Position numbers and translations under genes: made by a program. Positions 11,101-20,503 of a stretch of DNA of 64,000 nt are shown here, piece by piece. The DNA comes from a virus: positions 9,346-73,345 of the IMG/VR virus record IMGVR_UViG_3300016657_000129. One strand, written 5' to 3'. The notes below the pieces were generated by a model. It was not told the origin of the DNA, did not search any database, and saw only the letters and a program-made list of their open reading frames with translations. Numbering within the stretch: the first letter of the stretch is position 1; each line of letters opens with the position of its first letter.

Positions 11101-11440
11101 CGCCTGGAGGTATGGCGGCGACAGTTGCTATTTGAATTGTTTGGGCAACCGGATCGAAAAGGAATTCTCCCGGCTGAATTGATGAAGCGATCGCCGCTTC
11201 AGAATAAGTTCTTCCTCCCGCTGAAACTTGACCTACCGTGCGAATTCCCGCTCCCGCTACAGATATAGTCGCTATTCCGGCGATCGAGGTAGGTGGCATC
11301 GCCAGTACAATGGTGGGAGTATCGCTGCCAATTCTAGCCAAGAAGGCAGCTTCACCCGATCGGGTGACAAACGCGATCGCTGCCCCTAAACTTTCGGCTG
11401 GTGCAACATCTAAAACTGGCTCTCCAACAATCGCAAACAT
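8183..11440 (-). CDS. large minor tail protein (distal tail/hub-like)
   Basis: 1085-aa beta-rich ORF in a tail-gene context. Confidence 0.6.
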   Translation of the reverse strand: MFAIVGEPVLDVAPAESLGAAIAFVTRSGEAAFLARIGSDTPTIVLAMPPTSIAGIATISVAGAGIRTVGQVSAGGRTYSEAAIASSIQPGEFLFDPVAQTIQIATVAAIPPGAPIQVQASTGSSTSNTSLTVPASDFAATPTAPGNFVDEIAVPMAEDFALTSAILEPTFAVSNATELFGIFTTGQLTAVHGEDWALTLAMPLLIREGEIEVGAGLEPLLVQGNGENLDYYFDPATNKLRYRIAGRGQTSLNVLLGKLELETNAVLPPFPDLFRILPLEGTFSWSEGFEQQPSGSFNFRTLAALKEVAIALLRPGTTFTAFGVGFAITNLQITEIPYSQQPMRLIQVSVSLGGMHEYCLDNPIVLGKNGATAVTTTGAYFDPECGKPPASATVAATGITMAQTAIAAGCNYIGPALSIETPSESTISTFGQELQARIRQLGAFVNYSNPNGVEVKSISAINSWAIAEEDIAGEISLSVQGIKPQQIGVGGNFDPLPPGGNIPAALLEPEEPRLRDEDQTIFPYSEHYYPPHRIDGRFNQTGVTGNSEDTQSNKADNLAPQWRRIPSVKERRVEGDKDPQIPPANTGRIKSLDCNSVDGSGVKKVGVITELEDGVVTREEENTWGFVVYGRELFDANGELVGVAGETAWRQIGTKKTEHFFDGKTGYRLGSDTSGWILTRYESENPQAPETIALEPGSEDYNLYNFKYAFFTNAIAGKNRDYLLPHWRFYKDDSKLEGVEIYWTCLPNGEKVPRVAYDPNYRNTYFIAASATHENSFASARNPDDDPPDDPKPKLTTGQETFHRSFVRINQSKNTRNSISRFDDGRNVSDFMEGSVLEAPFSPNRLQDDSYSSYSSDFNATDPGFNASLEITKLQHNQGRPPEAPRKAIAYEKIEPPEPITGDENKKKDPTKYQYLVSTPHSYDPAYQRNVQPNFPVEGGTLSYPHAKTLAEAQLAAKTDITIKNWQNSATENLTAKFSPQFKSGDRLTYVANGIRRKRRILGVRHSVEIQGLVGGSSLVTSPGTQLTLAIDRETPCDFSQRPEPLLDDRDENNQRQYELDIFFIKGEQPLGELLFPDTVTRRNF

Positions 11441-12119
11441 GAAATATCAAGTTTCCATACCTAGATCTAGGGTACGCCAAATATTGCGATCGCTCTACGA
11501 GAATGTTGATTACGCTCTAGTCACTTGCTACGCCAACCCATTGTTAACCGAAAACAGTACTAGGGCTGAGTTCTTTAGCGCCGAATGCTTCGATTCAATG
11601 CCCTATGTCAATGTTGGTGAAAGGCCGATCGTTCGATGGTCGTCTGCCGATTTTAGTTCCGCGCCTAGCGGTAAAATATTGGCTCCAAAAACCGTCTTTA
11701 TTTCCAATCGTTGGGGAGACGGCAGCATCTTAAGGTTCAATCAACTATTTTTAGTTAAGAACGGCTCTAGTAAAGATGCTGGTGGAATCAACGTAAACGT
11801 AGCTCAAAATAGAATTAATTGTGGTTATAGCATGGGCGAAGGGGGTTTGTTTGTTCTAATTAGCGGCACTCCGCCTTCGCCGTTGTTATTGAAAACTTTA
11901 TACAAGGCTGTTAACGTTAGCGGCGAGACTTTTCAAGTTGCAGATTTGAACAACAATTTAATTACCCTTACTTCCGCTGGTAGTATTGCTGCTATTAGGT
12001 TTGCCAATGCGGAAGGAGCCGGAGGAGCGGGGACAGAAGATATCGCGCAACTGATTACTTGCAGCGAACCGATCGTTTTGCAGGCAAGGCAGGCGACTAA
12101 GTTAGTATTAAACCCCTAA
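11439..12119 (+). CDS. putative tail-associated structural protein
   Basis: ATG 11439 in frame with ORF 11238..12119 (MKYQVSIP...); beta-rich. Confidence 0.55.
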   Translation: MKYQVSIPRSRVRQILRSLYENVDYALVTCYANPLLTENSTRAEFFSAECFDSMPYVNVGERPIVRWSSADFSSAPSGKILAPKTVFISNRWGDGSILRFNQLFLVKNGSSKDAGGINVNVAQNRINCGYSMGEGGLFVLISGTPPSPLLLKTLYKAVNVSGETFQVADLNNNLITLTSAGSIAAIRFANAEGAGGAGTEDIAQLITCSEPIVLQARQATKLVLNP

Positions 12120-13426
12120 CCCGTTTGCTCGTTCGCCAGTTTCGCTACCATCCTATTATCATACTCTTCTTGGGACAATTCCGATATTCCCAAATCCGTC
12201 CTCAACCTGTTAACCGCTGCTAAATCCGTATTCTCCAATACGCCCATAGACAAGGCATTAATGATGTTACTGGCTCGACCCGCCGCCATCGTCGGGTCGA
12301 TAAATTTCTCTTGTTGAAAGTCGCCAAATTCGTCGCGGATACCGAAGTTTGCAGTTAATAGCGGTCGAATCACTTTCTCTATTAGTTCTTCTTTCAATGC
12401 GGCTACCAAACCTTCAATAAAAGAATCTAATATTAACCGATGTCCGGCATTGACCCCAGCCGATCCTAGCTGCACGCTCCCCTCATTAAAGATGGTCTGA
12501 GGAATTCCGTAGCACAGAAAAATTTGATTTTGCAAATATTGGCAGGATAGATTAAAGAAGTTCTCCCCAGCCGTTTGGGGGAGGTTCATCACTCTGTTTT
12601 TGATATCGGTAACGAATACCCCATTATTTCCCAGGTCTTGTGCTTGTAGTAAAACCGCTTCAGCAGCGCTACCCGTGGCGACTTCCCCGTTGCGAACTAA
12701 AGGTTTTCCCCTAGAATTGAGCAACCTTACCGTCTCATTGCTGGGAACCTGCACGACAAATAACCCCGTCGCCTGCCTTTGACCCGCGATCGCCCATTCC
12801 TTTAATAGCAATTGCCGTGCTTTAAAAAATGGGTAAGCTGCCGCTGCTTGCGGATACCCTTTGGGGTGACTTTCTAATAGGTCGTTTGTTAGATGAATAA
12901 TATATTTATAATCAAGTGGAAGCTGTCCCTTGGTCGAACTATTATAAATAATCCGGTCTATCTGCCCTTTCATCCCAGCAAACTCAACCCGTTTAGTGTC
13001 AAGCGTATTCAATCTCGCTAATCGCCATTCTCCTGCAAATCCAGGCTCGTTACTGCTAAACAATATTTGAGTGGCGCTATATCCTAAGCCAAAAGATTGA
13101 GCGATCTTTTTCTTGATTACCGCTCTAAAGGTTCCTTTCATGGATTGAAAATTGCTTCTAGTCCATTCAGTGACTGTCTGTCTGCGCCCTCCTCTAACCT
13201 TGTACATTTTTGGATCTGGGTGAGCGTAATTTCCCAGTGCTACTGATGCCCTTTGAGAAATTAAAGCCAACGCCGCGCGCGACGGCGCATCCAATCTCAC
13301 CATTCTGTGCAGTTCGTCTAGCGTGTAAGGCTCGTCTCCTTGCGTGGCAATTTGAACAAATTCGTTCGCAACTTCTTCTACTAATGGCGCAAGTTGTTCG
13401 GGTGAAGGCAAATATAATGAAACCAT
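12116..13426 (-). CDS. portal protein (Mu gp29/DUF935-like)
   Basis: 436 aa; A..GYSATQI, LQNQIFLCYGIPQT, ELIEKVIRPLLTANFG portal-like segments; adjacent to MuF gene. Confidence 0.75.
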   Translation of the reverse strand: MVSLYLPSPEQLAPLVEEVANEFVQIATQGDEPYTLDELHRMVRLDAPSRAALALISQRASVALGNYAHPDPKMYKVRGGRRQTVTEWTRSNFQSMKGTFRAVIKKKIAQSFGLGYSATQILFSSNEPGFAGEWRLARLNTLDTKRVEFAGMKGQIDRIIYNSSTKGQLPLDYKYIIHLTNDLLESHPKGYPQAAAAYPFFKARQLLLKEWAIAGQRQATGLFVVQVPSNETVRLLNSRGKPLVRNGEVATGSAAEAVLLQAQDLGNNGVFVTDIKNRVMNLPQTAGENFFNLSCQYLQNQIFLCYGIPQTIFNEGSVQLGSAGVNAGHRLILDSFIEGLVAALKEELIEKVIRPLLTANFGIRDEFGDFQQEKFIDPTMAAGRASNIINALSMGVLENTDLAAVNRLRTDLGISELSQEEYDNRMVAKLANEQTG

Positions 13427-16400
13427 ATGTACGATTCAGTTTTCTCTCAGCATACACCCACAGCTTGGGAAGCTGCGGTATTAAAGGACTTGGGCAAGGT
13501 CGAGCAAGCGATCGCCACCCAACTAAAATCCTGCGTCAATTCTCGCGCCAAAGCATTGCTTTCTCAACTTGAGGGAGCGATCGCCTCCGGTAATGTTGAT
13601 AAGGTTCAATCCGCCAAATGGACTGCCCTACCAGAATTTGAACGCATCCTCTGGGGATTGTGGCTATCGGGGTGGCGATTGGGAGGAAGGGATGCAAAGC
13701 GCGAAATTTCTCCCAAACGTGCGGCGACTCCGCACGTCTCGTTCTCCCAATACGTTGAATTTTCCGAACCTCAACAGGGCGTATCGATCAGAAATGTCCA
13801 AGCTGAGAGAGCGATTCGCGCTCGAATTAACCGTTTAAGTCGCGATGTCACCAATCAAGAATTCGCCAGAATTAGGCAACACTTACTCGCCGCCGTCACT
13901 CCTCAACCCGACACAGGCAATCCAATTAGTCGCGACGAATTGGTATCTCGCATCTCTCAAGAATTAGGTGGAGTTAGGTTTGAAAACCGCGCGAAGCAGA
14001 TCGCAAGAACCGAACTAACCTTTGCCTACAACGCAGGTCGCCTCGCTACTTATCGCGAGTCTGGGTTGGTAGAAGCGGTGAGATTTTATGCAATCTCCGA
14101 CGAACGCACTTGTCCGGTCTGCTCAAGCCGCAACAATCTAACTTTTCGCCTGGACGATCCGCAAAACTTAGCAGCCAGCACTCCCCCCATGCACCCGAAC
14201 TGTCGCTGCGTACTGTCGCCTATCCTTGCCGTCCCAGGTCAAAGAGTAGAAACTCAAACTCCCCCCGTTGCTGCCCCAGTTAAATGGTTGGCGGCGGCAG
14301 TCTTGGCAGCGGTGCTGTTGGGCAGTATGAAGCAAGCAGCCCAAAAATTGACCGTCCCCGCTCTCGGCGTGCTTGGGGTTGGTGCAACGGTTGATGCGGT
14401 CAACGTTGTGGGAGCGATCGCCCAAGCTACGGGTGAAACTTTGGCTGATTATGAAGACGTAGGGTTGGAAGATTTAGTCACTGCACCCGTTACCGCACCT
14501 GTAGCTCAACAAGCAGAAACAGTTCCACAAGAAGTCGCCCCAACCATCCAACCCGATGAGGAAGCCTGGTCATCTCCCGTCACAGTACCCCCAACCGTTC
14601 AACCTCCCCAACCCATTCCCGCTGTTTTAGCGCTTAAAGCTGGTAGGCCAGCAATTCAGATACTGGGCCTAGATCTCAACAGAGCCAGTTTTGAGGAACT
14701 GCAAAACGTGCTGCCTCCGCGTCAATTTAACGTTGGTCAGATCAACGCACTGATTCGCTATCGCAACGTCAACCCGCTATCTTCAATCGACGATCTTAAA
14801 TATGTAGAGGGATTGGGAACTAAGACGGTAGAACGCCTTAAAAATCTTTACTACAACAACCTACCTTTGTCGGTTTTCATCAATAACGCCGTTAGTCCCG
14901 CGCAACTGTGGGCAAGCAATCTAGGGTTGACCAAGGCTCAAGCTCAATCGATTATTGAGGAGTTGCAGCGCAACGGTCAGTTCGCCAACATTCAAGATTT
15001 TGAAAGGAGAATGAGGCTTAAAGGAATTGGGCCAACAACGATCCGCAACATGCGCGATCGCGCCATCTTCCTGCAAAATCGCATCATTCAACGAGCGAAG
15101 CAACAAGTTGGAGTCAGCGTCGGCGACACCCCGCCGTCTCCGCCAACGCCCTACAGTATTCGAGGCGCCGATCTCCCTAGCGCTGCTAGAAGAGAGGTCA
15201 TCGGCAGACCGAATCCCCCCGCAGCACCTCCGTCCCCAACTAGAACGCCTGCCCCATATCGCTCGGTTCCTCGTCAGCAAGAGGTTGTCAATCCCGCCCA
15301 GCTAGAATCCCAGCAGTTGCGGCAGCAACTAACCCAAACGGGTGACGAACTTGGCTTGAAAGCCAGCGAGATTTCAGAGCGGTATCGTCAGCTGATAGAC
15401 AAACCCGACCAAAGGTTGCAGCGACAATTAGATGAAATTGCAAGTTTGCGATCGCAGTACGACGCCAGCTTGCAAAGGTTATCGGCGAGCGAGCCTATAG
15501 TTAATCAAATAGAAGCAATTGTCAGCAATCTAGAATCTAATTTTGCTAATTTATTCGACCCCTTAGCTCCCAATTATTTTGAATCAGCCCCCCAACAAAT
15601 CCAGAGTCAATTAGCAGAGATTAGGCGTTTGCAGTTGGATCTGAGCCAAGTCGGCTCGCTTTCTCCTCAAAGCATCAATAGGTTAACGCAACAAATAGAA
15701 GCCAACCTGTCTAAGTTTGAACGTCAAAGAAATGTTCAAAAACTTAACCGTCAAATCGAGCAATTGCAAGGGGATATTCAATCTTGGCAGCAACAAATAC
15801 TAGACCGCCAACAAGTTGATGGAGCGATTGTTTTAGACTGGCGTTCGCAGTCATTGCAGCAATTGATCGCCATGCAACGACAGTCGGAAGATTTGATGCA
15901 GCAACTGTCGGATCTGCAATCGGCGAAGCGCAATTCAATTAGGCCATTGCTCGATGCCTCTAACCAATTAAGAACCAGACTCGAACAAGTTCAGTTAAAC
16001 GCGCAAGCGATCGCCTTCCGGATCGACGCGCTGCAACAAAGGCTGAACCGTTTGCCGCTACTCAAAAATCAACTATCTCTTGAAGATCGCGTTACCTACG
16101 ACCAGGTGCGCGATTTAAGAACGATCCAAAACCGCATAGCCAACCAAACCAAACAGTACCGTCAAACTACCGAGATTGCTAACCAAAACCTGCGTAACAT
16201 CGAACAATCCAGGCAGGGATATTTCGAGCGATATAACCAGCAGATTGGCGACTTTGAGCGCAGTTACAGTCCCGTCCTACAAGACAGATTAAAAAGTGCA
16301 ACCGAAGCGTTGCAACAGCTAAAGACCACGCCCCACGTTAATTGGTTGCTGCAATGGGATGGCTGGACTTTGACCGACGTTCCCAGCGATTTGGCGATCG

Positions 16401-18838
16401 CGCTTCAAGGGATGGAACCTCCAGGCGCGCGCAGTGCTTTGCGCGAATTGGTGCAGCAAGCCAAAACCAATGTCAATCGAGTTGCTGGAAATATTGAGTC
16501 AATTAAACAACTTAGCGAGTTTAAATATTTAGACCCCCAAAATAAGCAAGTTCTGTTTTCCAATCTGCTCAACTTTGCTCAAGATTGGGAAAATTATTGG
16601 GCAGGAGTGAGAACTAATTCTCTTAATTTAGAGAATATCGGCTCTACCAGGAATAGGCTGAATAGCTTATGGCGAGACATTGAAGCAGCAAGAACTTCTG
16701 GGAACGTCCAGAATGTTTATCCTCAAGTAACGCTGGAAGATGCTTTAGGGTATTCGCGTCAAGTTTTAATCGATCTAGAAGAATGGGAGCGTAAGTATGG
16801 AGAATTGAAAACTTCTCGCGGTGGAACGACCGATTTAGTCCCTGCGCCTATTGACGAATTAAATCGTAAGGTAACTCAATTTAAGCAAGATTTATTAAAC
16901 GAAATTGGTCGCGTGAGGATCGAACAATCGCAATTTATCGAGCAAGCGTATCAAGATGCGATCGCCATCAAAGAAAGGATCGCTGCTGACACAAACCGCA
17001 ACTTCACCTTTGACATCAACAACAAGGCGATCGACAGACAATCTTTACTGCAACAACTAGACAAGCTAACCGAAGAACTAACCGACCTCCGGGTAGCGGG
17101 AACCGATAGGCGCATCCTGCAATTGCAGCGCCAGCGGCGAGAATTGATGGCGCTTGATGCTCAACTTCGAGTCCAATTAGCTGGATCGAGTGGAGATGCT
17201 TACAATGAGCTAGCAAGGCAGGTCAACGCTGGCGTCGAACAGATTCAGGAGATCGACCGCACCATCAGTTCCCTTGCCAAACCCGTCGAGATTGTCATCC
17301 CGCCCGATCGATCCCGCGCCCCTCAGATTCAATCCCTGGCTGACGAGCGCGATCGCATCATCAAACAATTGCAATCCAAACAGCAGCAAGTTGACGCGCT
17401 TACCGCAGCACCAACTACCAATCGTAGAACGCAGCAGATTGCTAAACTGCAAACCGAAATTGCTAAAGGGAGCGATCGCGTTAACCAGATAACGCGCGAA
17501 ATCCGCGAGTTGAGGTTGCCACCAGAGCAGTATCGCCGGTTAAGCGAGTTGAAGGAGCAGTTAGCGGTTCTGGAGAGGGATCTATCTCAAAAGCAGAAAC
17601 AGTTAGGAAACACAACTCGCCAGTTGCAAAACTTGACAGAACAGTTGCAAATACTTGGTGAAGGCTCTCAGCGCGGGCAACGATTGCAGAAACAGATTGA
17701 AGGGCTTCGGGTTAAATCTGACGCTCAACTTGCCGCGCTCGTTCGGCAGTCTAGCGACGTTGGTGAATTGAAGCGCGCGATCGCTGATATCCGCAATGAT
17801 GAGGAAGCGCTTTTGCAAAATTTACCAACAGACGGCAATGCTGACGATATTGATTTAATCAACGATTTCCTTGACGCTCCCACGCCAACAGAATCGCCAT
17901 TAGCCAAAAAGCGCAGGGAGAACAGGGAAGCGCGGGAAGCAAGATTTGAATACCTTAGCAACAACGCTGACTTGTCTAATTACAAAGAGTTGCAAGAGTT
18001 AGGTCGGTTAATGACCGATCGGCACGTTAAAGCCTTAAAACCTACTGCAAAAGAGCGTAGGTTGCTTAAGGAAAAGAACGAAGCCGGAGAAAGGTTAAGG
18101 CAGGCAGTTAAAATGGGGGAAACAGAGTCGATAGAAAACTTAAGAGAAGAATTCTTTGCTAAGGAAAAACTATACGACCAACAAGTTCAGGCTAGAAGAG
18201 ACAAACTCGATAAACAACTGTCAGATCTGAGAAACGCGATCGCCAACAACAGTGGATATACCAAAGAACAGCTTGCTGCTTTTGTTAACGCAATAGAATA
18301 TGCCGACAATATTCCTCCTGAAAAGCTAGAAACTATAAAGCTTGTCATGGCTAGATTTTTTGCGTTATCCAACTTGAAAGGTTTATCAGTTATTAAAAAG
18401 ATTGGATATAGTGTTAAGGCAGACGGCACGATAGATGCTAGAGCTTTTACCAACAAAAAGGGTTTTATCAACTTAGGAAAAGGTGGATCGTTGGCAGGCA
18501 AGATCCTCCATGAAGCTGCTCACAATATAGAATTTTCTCACCCGAAGATCTACTCGGCTGCTGTAGATTGGAGGTTAAGCAGAGCTACGTCTTACACACC
18601 TAAAGAATTGTCCGAAATTTTAAATAGGCCAGATTATCCCAAAGGTGAAGTGGCTTTTTCTGGCAAATACGTACATCCTTATGTTGGTAGGGTTTACCCA
18701 GCTAGCTGGAATGCTACAGAGGTGCTATCGGTTGGTTTTGAGCATTTCTTAAACAATGAAAAGATGCAAAACCTCTTAGAAAGCGATCCTTCTCACTTTT
18801 ATTTTATTGTGGGAGTTATGTTGGCTAAAGGCGATTAA
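13427..18838 (+). CDS. Mu gpF/SPP1 gp7-like minor head protein fused to two ComEA-like HhH domains, a long coiled coil and a C-terminal HExxH metallopeptidase
   Basis: IARTELTFAYNAGR..DERTCPVC..PPMHPNCRC (MuF); LDLNRAS..YVEGLGTKTVERL and LKGIGPTT (HhH); LHEAAH..NATEVLSVGFE (zincin). Confidence 0.85.
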   Translation: MYDSVFSQHTPTAWEAAVLKDLGKVEQAIATQLKSCVNSRAKALLSQLEGAIASGNVDKVQSAKWTALPEFERILWGLWLSGWRLGGRDAKREISPKRAATPHVSFSQYVEFSEPQQGVSIRNVQAERAIRARINRLSRDVTNQEFARIRQHLLAAVTPQPDTGNPISRDELVSRISQELGGVRFENRAKQIARTELTFAYNAGRLATYRESGLVEAVRFYAISDERTCPVCSSRNNLTFRLDDPQNLAASTPPMHPNCRCVLSPILAVPGQRVETQTPPVAAPVKWLAAAVLAAVLLGSMKQAAQKLTVPALGVLGVGATVDAVNVVGAIAQATGETLADYEDVGLEDLVTAPVTAPVAQQAETVPQEVAPTIQPDEEAWSSPVTVPPTVQPPQPIPAVLALKAGRPAIQILGLDLNRASFEELQNVLPPRQFNVGQINALIRYRNVNPLSSIDDLKYVEGLGTKTVERLKNLYYNNLPLSVFINNAVSPAQLWASNLGLTKAQAQSIIEELQRNGQFANIQDFERRMRLKGIGPTTIRNMRDRAIFLQNRIIQRAKQQVGVSVGDTPPSPPTPYSIRGADLPSAARREVIGRPNPPAAPPSPTRTPAPYRSVPRQQEVVNPAQLESQQLRQQLTQTGDELGLKASEISERYRQLIDKPDQRLQRQLDEIASLRSQYDASLQRLSASEPIVNQIEAIVSNLESNFANLFDPLAPNYFESAPQQIQSQLAEIRRLQLDLSQVGSLSPQSINRLTQQIEANLSKFERQRNVQKLNRQIEQLQGDIQSWQQQILDRQQVDGAIVLDWRSQSLQQLIAMQRQSEDLMQQLSDLQSAKRNSIRPLLDASNQLRTRLEQVQLNAQAIAFRIDALQQRLNRLPLLKNQLSLEDRVTYDQVRDLRTIQNRIANQTKQYRQTTEIANQNLRNIEQSRQGYFERYNQQIGDFERSYSPVLQDRLKSATEALQQLKTTPHVNWLLQWDGWTLTDVPSDLAIALQGMEPPGARSALRELVQQAKTNVNRVAGNIESIKQLSEFKYLDPQNKQVLFSNLLNFAQDWENYWAGVRTNSLNLENIGSTRNRLNSLWRDIEAARTSGNVQNVYPQVTLEDALGYSRQVLIDLEEWERKYGELKTSRGGTTDLVPAPIDELNRKVTQFKQDLLNEIGRVRIEQSQFIEQAYQDAIAIKERIAADTNRNFTFDINNKAIDRQSLLQQLDKLTEELTDLRVAGTDRRILQLQRQRRELMALDAQLRVQLAGSSGDAYNELARQVNAGVEQIQEIDRTISSLAKPVEIVIPPDRSRAPQIQSLADERDRIIKQLQSKQQQVDALTAAPTTNRRTQQIAKLQTEIAKGSDRVNQITREIRELRLPPEQYRRLSELKEQLAVLERDLSQKQKQLGNTTRQLQNLTEQLQILGEGSQRGQRLQKQIEGLRVKSDAQLAALVRQSSDVGELKRAIADIRNDEEALLQNLPTDGNADDIDLINDFLDAPTPTESPLAKKRRENREAREARFEYLSNNADLSNYKELQELGRLMTDRHVKALKPTAKERRLLKEKNEAGERLRQAVKMGETESIENLREEFFAKEKLYDQQVQARRDKLDKQLSDLRNAIANNSGYTKEQLAAFVNAIEYADNIPPEKLETIKLVMARFFALSNLKGLSVIKKIGYSVKADGTIDARAFTNKKGFINLGKGGSLAGKILHEAAHNIEFSHPKIYSAAVDWRLSRATSYTPKELSEILNRPDYPKGEVAFSGKYVHPYVGRVYPASWNATEVLSVGFEHFLNNEKMQNLLESDPSHFYFIVGVMLAKGD

Positions 18839-19134
18839 CCGATTGCTTCTTCTGGCAATGGGGCAGAAAAAACTTTTTCTGCAAAAGCAACGCTAAATGA
18901 TGGTAGCGCGCCTACTCCTGCAAATAAATCTAAGTTGTTTGTCCCCTGGCTTAAGTCGATTAAATGTCCATAAAAACCAAGCGTTTGATTTATTTCTTTC
19001 TGAAATCTTTCTACTTCTTCTGTCCGTCCTAGCATTTTGATGTTGTCTTTACTAATCTCCGCGTCGGGATCGTTGTTGGGTGTTTCAATTGTTACTTCCT
19101 CTTGGGTGTAGATATGCTTGAGTATTATCAGCAT
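18835..19134 (-). CDS. small hypothetical protein (candidate immunity/partner of the MuF peptidase)
   Basis: 99 aa; stop overlaps the MuF stop (TTAA); AT-rich like the peptidase region. Confidence 0.5.
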   Translation of the reverse strand: MLIILKHIYTQEEVTIETPNNDPDAEISKDNIKMLGRTEEVERFQKEINQTLGFYGHLIDLSQGTNNLDLFAGVGALPSFSVAFAEKVFSAPLPEEAIG

Positions 19135-19191
19135 GGATTTTACTTAGAAACGATTGTTGGTTAAAATTTTATCAGTAAGTTTTCCAGTCAG

Positions 19192-19404
19192 ATGAAAGAG
19201 TGTGGTAACTGCTGGTACTGGCAAAGAGACTACCCTACCACAAGTGGTACTTGCGAAAAAAGGCGTTTTGGTTCGGAAGACAGATTGCAAGCGCTGTGTA
19301 CTGACGCCGATTGTTGTTGTATCGAATGGTATCCCGCTGGTTCTGGGGCTATTGGTCGGCGCTGGGTAGGCTCACCCGACTATAATGAAAAATACAACGT
19401 GTGA
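19192..19404 (+). CDS. small Cys-rich hypothetical protein
   Basis: CGNC..C..CCC pattern. Confidence 0.5.
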   Translation: MKECGNCWYWQRDYPTTSGTCEKRRFGSEDRLQALCTDADCCCIEWYPAGSGAIGRRWVGSPDYNEKYNV

Positions 19405-19422
19405 TAAGATGCGAGAAAATGT

Positions 19423-19617
19423 ATGTCCGATCAAAACGTCATTAATTCTTTTTCTAAGCCAATACAGATTGTCAGCATACAAAGTGATGCTTTTTTGCAG
19501 TTCCAACAGGCGCAAAGTGAGATAAGAAAGGCTATAACTATGGCATTTGCTGTTCCACCTTTGCTCTTGGGTTTCAAAAGTGACGACAAAAGGAGCGAGC
19601 GTACTATTACAATTTGA
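19423..19617 (+). CDS. hypothetical protein
   Basis: Co-oriented small ORF. Confidence 0.4.
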   Translation: MSDQNVINSFSKPIQIVSIQSDAFLQFQQAQSEIRKAITMAFAVPPLLLGFKSDDKRSERTITI

Positions 19618-19666
19618 TTATAAATACAAAATTTGAATCCCTTTATAGCCGTCCAACAAAGACTGT

Positions 19667-19894
19667 TTAGCCGCTTGCTCCTAACAAGCGGTTTTTGTTT
19701 GTAGTTCTGCAAATATTTCTGATCGCTTCATCTTCAATCAATGTCAGCGCCTCTAGTATCTCATCTGGCGTCGCCCATTCAAGAGCCGCTTCTAATCTTG
19801 CTAGATCGTGCGCGAGGCAGGACAAGCTTGCTGCCAAGTTAATGACGATTAACTGTCTTTCTTCTTCTTTCGTCAGCCTGTGAAACCTTGGCAT
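19667..19894 (-). CDS. hypothetical protein
   Basis: Abuts the stop of 19898..20443. Confidence 0.45.
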   Translation of the reverse strand: MPRFHRLTKEEERQLIVINLAASLSCLAHDLARLEAALEWATPDEILEALTLIEDEAIRNICRTTNKNRLLGASG

Positions 19895-19897
19895 CAA

Positions 19898-20443
19898 TTA
19901 AAACAATTTATTTCTACTCAACTCGTACTCAGTAAACCTAAACCGAAAGCCTCCGCTAAAAAGCCTTCTGGGAGAATCGGGAACATCTGTGCGATCGCAT
20001 CTAGTATATCCTTTCCGGGAAGCGCCGTCACCATCCAATCCTTCAAACCCTCCTAGTTTACCCTTCCTAACAACGTACCCTTGAGCGTAATTCGCCCAAT
20101 CAACGCCCGTGTAATCGTGCATTGTAATTAGCGCGTATTGCTTGAAATTGCTCGACAGCGAGAGCGCTGCCAGTTCTTCCAGACACAATCGCAACTCGTG
20201 CCTTTGGTCTTTTACCGTGATACTGCACCCAACTCGCCTGCGAGTTACGGTAACGCCTACACCTTTAAAGAAGTCGTAAAACTTGCACTCTTCTCCTTCA
20301 ATAATCTCAGCGTATTGGGAGTGAGGAACTTTTAGGTGGAGGTTGGAACCGACAAACAATTCGGGAATCGTCGCGCCGTATTTTGCTGATAAGTGCGGCG
20401 GACAAAATATAATAACTTTTTCGACGATTAGACTCATGCTCAA
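19898..20443 (-). CDS. hypothetical protein
   Basis: 181-aa ORF. Confidence 0.5.
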   Translation of the reverse strand: MSMSLIVEKVIIFCPPHLSAKYGATIPELFVGSNLHLKVPHSQYAEIIEGEECKFYDFFKGVGVTVTRRRVGCSITVKDQRHELRLCLEELAALSLSSNFKQYALITMHDYTGVDWANYAQGYVVRKGKLGGFEGLDGDGASRKGYTRCDRTDVPDSPRRLFSGGFRFRFTEYELSRNKLF

Positions 20444-20503
20444 TACACGTTAGAAAAAATGCGTTTATGTTGCATACAATAATATCAGAGTTGCGGCGCA
20501 CAA

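Noticed and set aside
11238-11438. Upstream extension of ORF 11238..12119
   Set aside because: Antisense overlap of the 1085-aa gene with an alternative start codon; ATG 11439 preferred
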